Positions 56,571 to 64,000 of a stretch of DNA of 64,000 nt are shown piece after piece (the stretch's first letter is position 1; every line of letters begins with the position of its first letter). Source of the stretch: an uncultured candidate division Zixibacteria bacterium (lineage in GTDB: Bacteria > Zixibacteria > MSB-5A5 > SM1-73); the NCBI GenBank assembly GCA_903908285.1, contig CAIVRH010000029.1, positions 102,037 to 166,036 on the forward strand, in the 5' to 3' direction. The notes beneath the pieces were generated by a model. That model was not told the DNA's origin. It did not search any database and worked only from the letters and a program-made list of their open reading frames with translations. Position numbers and translations under genes: made by a program.

Positions 56571-58050
56571 AACTTTGAACTTTGAACTTTATTGTGGTGG
56601 CAGGATTAAATGGATTAGGATAATTCTGGGAGAGAGCAAATTCCGAAGGCTTTCTTGAGCTTTCGGTTTCGTCTTCTACAGCGCTGGGGCTTTGAAAATA
56701 CTTTATAGTGGCACAATCCTCGCTTGTCCCGTTACCTATACTGCTTCCGGTTACATAGACATTGCCCGAATCGTCCACCGCTACGGCACAGGCAGAATCG
56801 ATGGAGTTGACCGGTCCGTCATATCTGGCCACCCAGGAGGAATCTCCATTGGAATCATACTTTATGGTGGCATAATCCTTGGAAGTCCCACTGCCATAGC
56901 TATACCCGGTCACATAGACATTGCCGGAACCATCCAACGCTAATGCCCTAGCTTCATCATGGTTGTTTCCCGGTCCGATGTATCTTCTCAGCCAGAGAGT
57001 ATCTCCATTGGAAGCATACTTGATGGTGACATAATATGAGGCCACCCCTGACTCGTTGCTCAACCCGGTCACATAAACGTTGCCGGAACCGTCAACGGCT
57101 ATAGCATTAGCGTTATCGACTTGGTTATATGTTCCATTGTATCTTCTCACCCAGGCAGTATCCCCGTTGGGATGATACTTGATGGTGGCATAGTCGTTGT
57201 TTGTCGTCATGCCGACACTATACCCGGTCACATAAGCGAAACCCGAATCATCTACGGCTATGGCAGTAGCCACGTCCCCCATGAAGCCAGCTGGTCCGTT
57301 GTATCTTCTTACCCAGGCAGTATCTCCGTTAGGTTTATACTTTATGGTGGCATAGTCAAAGCCTGTTCCACTGCCAGTACTCCTTCCGGTCACATATACA
57401 TTTCCGGAGCCATCCACCGCTAGGGCGCGAGCCCAATCTTCACCGTTTCCCGGTCCATTGTATCTTCTCACCCAAGCGGTATCACCATTGGGATGATATT
57501 TTATGGTAGCATAGTCCATACCGGTCCCGCTACCGGTGCTGTAGCCGGTCACACAGACGTTGCCGGAATTGTCTACCACTATGGCACCTGCGTTATCATA
57601 GGAGCTTGGGTTGTATCTTCTCACCCAGGCAGTATCACCGTTGGGATAGTACTTTATAGTGACATAATCGGAGAGCGTCCCAGTACTTTGACTGTACCCA
57701 GTTACATACACCCGACCGGAATCATCGATAGCTATAGCGTTAGCCCGATCCCAGAGGTTGGCAGTCCCGTTGTAGGTTCGTACCCAGGCAGTGTCTCCGT
57801 TAGAGTCATACTTTATGGTGAGGTAGTCATCCTGAATTTCTACGCTGTCAATACAATAACCGGCGATGTAGACATGTCCAGAGTGATCTACGACGATGGC
57901 AGAACCACCATCCGAGGAGTTTGCCTTACCGTTGTATCTTTTCACCCAGGCAGTATCAACGGATGCACCGTGAACGGATTGGGCAAACTCCGGACCAACT
58001 AAAAACAGTAACAGCACTGCTGCTAAAATCATATTTAAAGCTTTTAACAT
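56506..58050 (-). CDS. SBBP beta-propeller-repeat protein with its T9SS CTD truncated by a frameshift in a heptanucleotide tract (paralog 2)
   Basis: Same repeat architecture. The ORF ends as ...TTIKFKVQSSRPHHPKNL... An intact CTD (PVPTTLKIYNILGEVVRVLVDEPKLAGNYAVQWDGKNDKGEPLSSGVYFYQLKVGENVSAKKMVLLK*) continues in the +2 frame down to 56367. Confidence 0.7.
   Translation of the reverse strand: MLKALNMILAAVLLLFLVGPEFAQSVHGASVDTAWVKRYNGKANSSDGGSAIVVDHSGHVYIAGYCIDSVEIQDDYLTIKYDSNGDTAWVRTYNGTANLWDRANAIAIDDSGRVYVTGYSQSTGTLSDYVTIKYYPNGDTAWVRRYNPSSYDNAGAIVVDNSGNVCVTGYSTGSGTGMDYATIKYHPNGDTAWVRRYNGPGNGEDWARALAVDGSGNVYVTGRSTGSGTGFDYATIKYKPNGDTAWVRRYNGPAGFMGDVATAIAVDDSGFAYVTGYSVGMTTNNDYATIKYHPNGDTAWVRRYNGTYNQVDNANAIAVDGSGNVYVTGLSNESGVASYYVTIKYASNGDTLWLRRYIGPGNNHDEARALALDGSGNVYVTGYSYGSGTSKDYATIKYDSNGDSSWVARYDGPVNSIDSACAVAVDDSGNVYVTGSSIGNGTSEDCATIKYFQSPSAVEDETESSRKPSEFALSQNYPNPFNPATTIKFKVQSSRPHHPKNLQHSWGGGEGVGG
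56571..56590 (-). repeat. heptanucleotide tandem tract (2 units) inside paralog 2, the frameshift site
   Basis: TTCAAAG TTCAAAG only. This is 14 nt shorter than in paralogs 1 and 3. Confidence 0.7.
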
Positions 58051-58367
58051 GATTTCCCTCCATGTTTTTTGATTATTTATCGCTATCCATCTTCATCCTT
58101 CTCCCGCTTGCAGTGAATCTGTCGAATCTTCCAAGGGGAAAGACGATGACAATGTATGATACAAAATGAAAAATGCAAGCAGACGCTTGCCCCCAGACGG
58201 GAGCGTCCGCTCGTCCGGGCAAAGATGCAGTTTTAGAATCAAAATTACTTTGAATTGTCTTTACTGAATCTTCAATTTTGAATTTTATACTGTGATTTTT
58301 CATTTTGCTCTTTGAATTTTGAATTGTATTTGACCTCCTTCTTTTTCAACTCCATTAAATTAAACGA

Positions 58368-60053
58368 CTATTTTAAGAGGACCATTTTCTTCGCCAAAGT
58401 ATTTTCTCCCACTTTCAATAGATAAAAATATACTCCGCTGGCTAATTGCTCGCCCTGATCATTCTTCCCATTCCACTGAACTGTATAGTCTCCAGCCCAT
58501 TTGGGTTCATCTACCAGAGTCCTTACCTTTTGACCAAGAAGGTTATAGATTCTTAAGGTGGTGTGGAGGGGAACTTTGAACCTTGAACCTTGAACCTTGA
58601 ACTTTATTGTAGTGGTCGGGTTGAACGGATTGGGGTAATTCTGGGAGAGAGAAAACTCCGATGGTTTTTCCGAACTTTCGACTTCATCTCCCACCCCGCT
58701 TGGATTCTTGACATACTTTATGGTGGTATAGTCCGTGTAGGTCAAACTATTATAGCTGGTTCCGGTTACGTAAACATTGCACGAATCATCGACAGCTAAT
58801 GCAGAAGCCGCGTCCGTATTGTTCGCCGGGCTGTTGTATCTTATCACCCAAGCAGTGTCCCCATTCGGATAATACTTTATGGTGGTATAGTCATCGCCTG
58901 TCTCACTGCCGCCGTAACTACGTCCGGTCACATAGATATTGTCAGAATCATCAACCGCTATGGCCCGAGCCCCGTCTTCGCCGTTTCCCGGTCCCTCGTA
59001 TATCCTCACCCATAGAGAATCCCCCTCGGAATTATACTTTATCGTGGCATAGCCGGTGTTGTCATCACCGGTGTAACTGCTTCCGGTTACGTAGACATTA
59101 TCCAAATGATCTAAAACCATAGCGTAGGCGTTATCAGTGGAGTTATACATTCCATTATATCTTCTCACCCAGGCAGTGTCTCCATTCGAATAATATTTGA
59201 TGATGGTATAATCGTTATCTGTTACGGCATCATAACTATATCCACACACATATACATTATTAGAGCCATCCAGGGCTATCGCACTGGGATAATCATCGAG
59301 ATTCCCCGGTCCGTTGTATCTTCTTACCCAGACCGTATCACCCTGTGGTGTATATCTGATGGTGGTAAAATCATAGCCTGTCCCGATCCCCTGGCTATAT
59401 CCGGTTACGTACACGTAGCCGGAATCGTCCACGGTCAGGGCAAAAGCCATATCATAAGAGTTGGCCGGTCCATTATATCTTCTCACCCAGACCGTGTCTC
59501 CGTTGGGATTATACTTGATGGTGGCATAGTCCCAATTTGTATCGCTGACTTTACTATTTCCGGTCACATAGACATAGTTGGAATCATCTACCGCTACGGC
59601 AATAGCATCATCATCCAAGTTCCCCGGTCCGTTGTATCTTTGAACCCAAGCAACATCTCCATTGGGAAGATACCTGATAGTAGCATAATCATAAGAAGTT
59701 CCAAGCCCGTAACTCGCTCCGGTCACGTAGACATTGCCGGAACCATCTACCGCTAGACCATTGGCCGCATCATCGAGGTTCCCCAGTCCATTATATCTTC
59801 TCACCCAGGCAGTATCCCCGTTGGAGTAATACTTGATGGTGGCATAGTCATAATCTGTGCCGCTGCCTTTGCTATATCCGGTCACATAAACATTACCTGA
59901 GCCATCTACGGCGGTGGCTGAAACATATTCTTCGTTATTTCCCGGTCCGTTGTATGTCCGCACCCAAGCGGTATCAACCGACTCGGCAAAGGTTGGACCG
60001 ACTAACAACAACAATAAAACCAGTCCCAAAACAACCTTTAGTGGTTTTAACAT
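58368..60053 (-). CDS. secreted SBBP beta-propeller-repeat protein with T9SS C-terminal sorting domain (paralog 3)
   Basis: Signal peptide, SBBP repeats, and an intact CTD (…TTIKFKVQGSRFKVPLHTTLRIYNLLGQKVRTLV…KKMVLLK). Confidence 0.75.
   Translation of the reverse strand: MLKPLKVVLGLVLLLLLVGPTFAESVDTAWVRTYNGPGNNEEYVSATAVDGSGNVYVTGYSKGSGTDYDYATIKYYSNGDTAWVRRYNGLGNLDDAANGLAVDGSGNVYVTGASYGLGTSYDYATIRYLPNGDVAWVQRYNGPGNLDDDAIAVAVDDSNYVYVTGNSKVSDTNWDYATIKYNPNGDTVWVRRYNGPANSYDMAFALTVDDSGYVYVTGYSQGIGTGYDFTTIRYTPQGDTVWVRRYNGPGNLDDYPSAIALDGSNNVYVCGYSYDAVTDNDYTIIKYYSNGDTAWVRRYNGMYNSTDNAYAMVLDHLDNVYVTGSSYTGDDNTGYATIKYNSEGDSLWVRIYEGPGNGEDGARAIAVDDSDNIYVTGRSYGGSETGDDYTTIKYYPNGDTAWVIRYNSPANNTDAASALAVDDSCNVYVTGTSYNSLTYTDYTTIKYVKNPSGVGDEVESSEKPSEFSLSQNYPNPFNPTTTIKFKVQGSRFKVPLHTTLRIYNLLGQKVRTLVDEPKWAGDYTVQWNGKNDQGEQLASGVYFYLLKVGENTLAKKMVLLK
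58572..58605 (-). repeat. heptanucleotide tandem tract (4 units) inside paralog 3
   Basis: TTCAAGG TTCAAGG TTCAAGG TTCAAAG. Confidence 0.7.
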
Positions 60054-60091
60054 TGTATACCTCCTTGTTTACGACCTTTTTGCTTCTTTCA

Positions 60092-60248
60092 CCCTCTCCC
60101 TTTATCCCTCTCCCACGGACGTGCCCCCAGACGGGAGCGCTGCGCGGGCACCGTCCGCTCGTCTGGGCATCGAGGGAGAGGGGAAATCAAAATCTCACCC
60201 CTGCCCTCTCTCCCTATTGAGGAGAGAGGGACCAAGGGGGAGAGGTTA
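60092..60248. repeat. composite family-1/family-2 element (two nested units)
   Basis: ccctctccctttatccctctcccacggacgtgcccccagacgggagcgctgcgcgggcaccgtccgctcgtctgggcatcgagggagagggg... ctcacccctgccctctctccctattgaggagagagggaccaagggggagaggtt. Confidence 0.65.
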
Positions 60249-60842
60249 TTTAATAATGTGTAAAAAATCTCCCAAAAGAAACTGCATTCTTCCGATCAGA
60301 AGTGAAATCCGGGACATGACCGTGTAGCCGAAAGTGGCTCCGAAGAAAATCATTAGAAACCAGGTGCCCATCTTGGCAGTTGCGCCAAACCAGCCTTTGT
60401 GCTCCTTAGAGAAGAAGAAATAAGCCAAAGTCGATGCGATTCCCAAAAAAATGATGATCCCGTCTATGCTGGCAAAATCTTTCATGGATGCCTGCATCTG
60501 GCTGAACAATCTTGCCTGGATGGTGGCGGGTATGGCCACGCCCGCTCCTGCTCCGATGATCAAAGCTATGGATATCCGGGAAAGCCAGGTATATCTCGGA
60601 AAAAATCTCAGCAGCATGAAAATCCCCAGGATGCCCGGTATAATATAACCCAATTCCCCCTGTTTGAAAACAGGATTTACCAGTTTGGGCATAAGGGTGG
60701 TGTTTACCGCCATGACCAAAACATATCCCACTGATATGCCTACCAATAGATGCTCGGCGAATTTGTAAAAGGGATTGTCCTTATACAAAAACGAGAAGAT
60801 GCATAGGGTAAGGAAAGTGGCAATTAGAGTTTCGATGTTCAT
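60246..60842 (-). CDS. integral membrane protein, hypothetical
   Basis: About six hydrophobic helices. The start is probably the internal MNIETL at 60842. Confidence 0.45.
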   Translation of the reverse strand: MNIETLIATFLTLCIFSFLYKDNPFYKFAEHLLVGISVGYVLVMAVNTTLMPKLVNPVFKQGELGYIIPGILGIFMLLRFFPRYTWLSRISIALIIGAGAGVAIPATIQARLFSQMQASMKDFASIDGIIIFLGIASTLAYFFFSKEHKGWFGATAKMGTWFLMIFFGATFGYTVMSRISLLIGRMQFLLGDFLHIIK

Positions 60843-61029
60843 AGTTTGTCCCGTCCGCCGACTGTCGTCCGCCGACCGCAGCAAAAACTTTAATATTTGG
60901 TTTTGCGGCGGACAGCGGACGGTTGACTGCGGACAATCTTATATTCTCACTGTTAAGTTTCCCAGCCACTTCAGTGGCGTATTTTATGAACCTGACTGAA
61001 GTCAGTTGGAATATGTCCACAGTCCACAG

Positions 61030-61881
61030 CTAAAGCGGTTTTGCTGTGGACCGTGGACTATCGACCGTGGACGTTTTTCTCCTTAAGAAATAAACCACAT
61101 TTCCCCAAACGATTATAAGAACTATGACCAGATGACTCACCGACTGCGCATCCATCCCCTTTTGACCCATCCCCGGTTTTTCAAGCAGAATTTCGTATTC
61201 TGCCGCACCTTTCAGCCCGCCTAACAGCCCGACCATTTGACCGGAGGAGAGAAACGGATAGAAACTGGTGGCCATCACCGCAGTGGTGGCACAGGCGAAT
61301 TTAGGGTGATAGCGCGAGACCGCATAATCCACCCAGGTAACCGGCAGATCACCGTCCGCTACGGAAATTATCAATTTGACTTCGTTATAGTTTTTGATAT
61401 CCTTCATCATCGGAATCCGGTCCAAAGAAGTGTTATTGTAATCCTGCGGAAAAACTCTTTTTATCTCCTCTCCCATTCCCAAGATAGCCGACTGGGCTTG
61501 CGGTCTGTATCCCAAAAACACATAATCCTCCCCATAATTAGCCTGATATTCGTTAGCGGTTTCCCTTAAGAGCTGCTCTCCGATTGCGGTTCCCTCTGCC
61601 ATAAGCGCCAGGGTGATCACCTTGAGTTTTTTCTGAAAACAATGGCGCAATATTGCTTGAGCCATCGGCTTAACCTCAGGTAGAGACGAAGCCTCGTGGT
61701 CAAAGGAGATCATCATCACCGAACCGGAGTCCAATTGCTCGATGCTTTCATATACATTCCTCACCTCGGTGGTGACCTGGTTGGGCAGTCCGATTTTGAT
61801 CACCAGAGGAATGGCGACGGAAAGAGCGATTAAGACGAATATCAATTGTCGAGACAACATTCTAGGTAATTTAAAATTCAA
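61030..61881 (-). CDS. membrane-anchored hypothetical protein
   Basis: N-terminal transmembrane anchor, a ~230-aa soluble domain, and a C-terminal transmembrane helix. Confidence 0.45.
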   Translation of the reverse strand: MNFKLPRMLSRQLIFVLIALSVAIPLVIKIGLPNQVTTEVRNVYESIEQLDSGSVMMISFDHEASSLPEVKPMAQAILRHCFQKKLKVITLALMAEGTAIGEQLLRETANEYQANYGEDYVFLGYRPQAQSAILGMGEEIKRVFPQDYNNTSLDRIPMMKDIKNYNEVKLIISVADGDLPVTWVDYAVSRYHPKFACATTAVMATSFYPFLSSGQMVGLLGGLKGAAEYEILLEKPGMGQKGMDAQSVSHLVIVLIIVWGNVVYFLRRKTSTVDSPRSTAKPL

Positions 61882-62152
61882 AGTTAAAAATTAAAAATTG
61901 CAATTCAAAATCCAAAATTATTACTGTCTTATAAAGGTTCTCACAATTTAATTTTTGATTCTATCTTTTCTGTTCCCCCTAACTACCGCCTTTGGTGGTT
62001 CGACTTCCTTCGGCTTCGCCTCTGGATAAATCGCTCACCATCCTGAGCAAATCGAAGGACGGGATTTTCTACCTACCCTCTCCCCGATGGGGAGAGGGAA
62101 TGTATTTCATCAAATTTGAACCTTGGATTAAAATTTTGCAATCTGTATATGT

Positions 62153-62794
62153 TTATTTCTTTCCAAGATACGTTCTCTCAATCCCCAGGATTATCCTCAA
62201 CGACGTGGAGATGGTTCCCAGCCCGATTCCGATGTAGAGACCTCTTTTGGCGGCCATGCTGGGGGTGTTCAAAATCCAGTTGGCGGAATCCGGAATCCAA
62301 TGGGAGATGAAACTGCCCAACGGAACGCGTCCTAACATGACGATGACCGCGACTAGAAGCAGCAGACCCGCTTCCCAGCTCCGGGCACGGAAACCCCGGT
62401 AGGCTGCCGATGCCACGAAGAATGCCAAAAGCGAGAACATGGTGGATTGCATCGGGGCTTGTATGGTATTGAACATCCACAGGAAGGGCGTTCTCTCTCC
62501 GGTTCCTTTCCAAAAACCAAAGATGACCATGACCACCAGTCCCGCCAAGCCGATCAGATTATATCCCCAGCCGGATTGAGTCCGGGTGATCTTCTTTGAG
62601 CTTAGTTTAACATAACTGATTACTCCAACCAGCAGGGTGAAAACGAAGATGATCTGCATCCAGTCTAAGACCGTCTGATAGGCGGAAACAGACACCCGGT
62701 GCGGAACAAAGAACTGCACCAGCATGAAGGCACCGAAGATAAAACAAACGATGATAGGAATGATTCTTTGCATGTTAAGCAGAGTAAAATTCAA
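62153..62794 (-). CDS. integral membrane protein, hypothetical
   Basis: 213 aa with 5-6 hydrophobic helices. Confidence 0.45.
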   Translation of the reverse strand: MNFTLLNMQRIIPIIVCFIFGAFMLVQFFVPHRVSVSAYQTVLDWMQIIFVFTLLVGVISYVKLSSKKITRTQSGWGYNLIGLAGLVVMVIFGFWKGTGERTPFLWMFNTIQAPMQSTMFSLLAFFVASAAYRGFRARSWEAGLLLLVAVIVMLGRVPLGSFISHWIPDSANWILNTPSMAAKRGLYIGIGLGTISTSLRIILGIERTYLGKK

Positions 62795-62963
62795 AAAGAA
62801 AAATTTAAAAGCAAAATCAAAAAATAGCGGAACTCAAAACATAAACTCTATCTCGATATATCACGGCATCTGAAAGAATATAGTATTTCAGACCTTTATT
62901 TCTCTTTTTGTCCGAAAGCCCATAGCGGGGCATTTCGGACCTACATGGAATTTTGAATTTCCT

Positions 62964-64000
62964 TCATCCTACATTAAAAAACTCAATAATCTTATTGAAG
63001 CCCAATATTCCCGCAACACCTCCAAGTAATATCAGAAAGACTATGACCACCTTTAACCAATCCTGACCTTTGATGCTACCCAAAACCTGTTTATCCTGGG
63101 ACAAATACCCGCTGGCGACGAAAAGCTCTTCACCGATCAAAGTATAATCGCACGCAACAATAAAAAAGGCAAGTTGGATGGTGGAATCGGTTCCGGCGAT
63201 CTGAAAAGCTCCGATAGAGTTGCCGGTTTCAGCCAAGATCAGCGCTTCGGCTTCGAATGTCCCCAAGAACATGTTGGTGGCGGGAAGCTGTCGGGTCATG
63301 ATCCCATCCACTGCCGCTGCGTAACCAAACTGGCTCTGGGTGACAAAGAATATGTTATCGGGATGGTATGCCTCGGGATGACCTGCCCGGGAACATGCCT
63401 CTTTGACCACCTCCTGGGCAGTAGTCATCACCACCGGATCATAGTTGGGGAATATCAGAGGAGTATTGTATTCTGCGGTCTTCTCCGCCACACTGGAAAG
63501 AATATTCATGGATGCCATGGTGGCAACCCGGTCCATCTTTCCCAAACCCGCAGAGTAGAGTATCGGCTTTCCCATTTCGGTGGCCCGGCCGATGGCATCA
63601 TCGATGGCTTGTAGACCGGAGATGGGTCTGATATAAAGCTTTTTGGCTTTTTTGGCATACCGGACGAATCCGAGTATAAATATGAAAGAAATGATTACAC
63701 CCAAAAGGACGTTGACTCGCTGGGTATGAAACCATTGGCCGCGGGAGATTACCGGACCAGTTATGGGAGAAACCAAGACATCCGCTCCCTTTCTGTATTT
63801 CAGAAGATAGGAATATCTTATGCCATCCTTAACACCGGTATCGATGTATGTTGTCTCTTTTGACGAGACTTTCGCCACCAACTGAAAATTCTCATCCATG
63901 TCTGTTGCTCTCCAGATTTCATATTCACTGATGGCGGGGTCTTCGGACAAACCTTCCAAAGCCAGGGTGATGCTTTCACCCTTGTCGTTGGGAGTATCCA
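62964..64000 (-). CDS. FN3-like / transmembrane hypothetical protein, 5' end beyond the window
   Basis: The reading frame stays open to the window edge; the caller's start at 63959 is a TTG codon. N-terminal FN3-like segment (YEIWRATDMDENFQLVAKV...YSYLL), one transmembrane helix, and a C-terminal transmembrane helix. Confidence 0.45.
   Translation of the reverse strand, partial: DTPNDKGESITLALEGLSEDPAISEYEIWRATDMDENFQLVAKVSSKETTYIDTGVKDGIRYSYLLKYRKGADVLVSPITGPVISRGQWFHTQRVNVLLGVIISFIFILGFVRYAKKAKKLYIRPISGLQAIDDAIGRATEMGKPILYSAGLGKMDRVATMASMNILSSVAEKTAEYNTPLIFPNYDPVVMTTAQEVVKEACSRAGHPEAYHPDNIFFVTQSQFGYAAAVDGIMTRQLPATNMFLGTFEAEALILAETGNSIGAFQIAGTDSTIQLAFFIVACDYTLIGEELFVASGYLSQDKQVLGSIKGQDWLKVVIVFLILLGGVAGILGFNKIIEFFNVG

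Noticed and set aside
58073-58303. 76-aa minus-strand ORF between SBBP paralogs 2 and 3
   Set aside because: Overlaps a GC-rich palindrome and AT-rich repeat elements in an intergenic region. No RBS or domain.
54789-58605. CRISPR array considered because of short direct repeats
   Set aside because: The repeats are 7-nt tandem units inside coding sequence with no spacers. No cas genes in the window. No CRISPR is present.

Overview
This 64-kb window looks like it comes from an uncultivated bacterium. I infer this from the T9SS-type C-terminal sorting domains and dockerin-like modules, and the overall FCB-group-like character; I cannot assign the lineage from sequence alone. Almost all genes lie on the minus strand.

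Housekeeping content:
- mnmG (partial, at the window start) and mnmE
- gyrA, folC, gdhA
- an S11 D-Ala-D-Ala carboxypeptidase
- a cyclophilin PPIase
- an ABC-2 exporter pair
- a FMN reductase
- two M1 aminopeptidases

Features worth a second look:
1. A roughly 12-kb hypervariable island (about 8.3-21.3 kb) sits between an ABC-2 permease gene and a FMN-reductase gene. The 3' end of the permease gene and the 5' end of the reductase gene are each repeated as degenerate fragments that partition cargo modules.
   - Module A carries an EEP-family nuclease/phosphatase, a C14 caspase-like peptidase and a C1 papain-like peptidase.
   - Module B carries a small Mrr-like PD-(D/E)xK protein, a membrane-anchored stand-alone receiver domain, and a three-gene Lamassu/ABC-3C-like module.
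   - In module B each cassette is followed by a conserved attC-like palindromic element.
2. Three tandem paralogous SBBP beta-propeller surface proteins carry T9SS C-terminal domains. The middle copy is frameshifted inside a heptanucleotide (TTCAAAG/TTCAAGG)n tract, which is a candidate slipped-strand phase-variation switch.
3. A stand-alone H-NOX haem sensor gene.
4. Dockerin-like C-terminal modules on an M1 peptidase and on a DUF362 protein.
5. An unusual cluster linking a GltB-FMN-domain protein, a NuoE/NuoF-GltD fusion and a NuoG-N-terminus-like protein, next to gdhA.
6. A phage-tail-fibre-type S74 chaperone-domain protein and a PHP/EndoQ-like nuclease.
7. Several families of nested intergenic palindromic (REP/MITE-like) repeats.

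All calls were made by eye from the translations and the DNA; no database searches were run.
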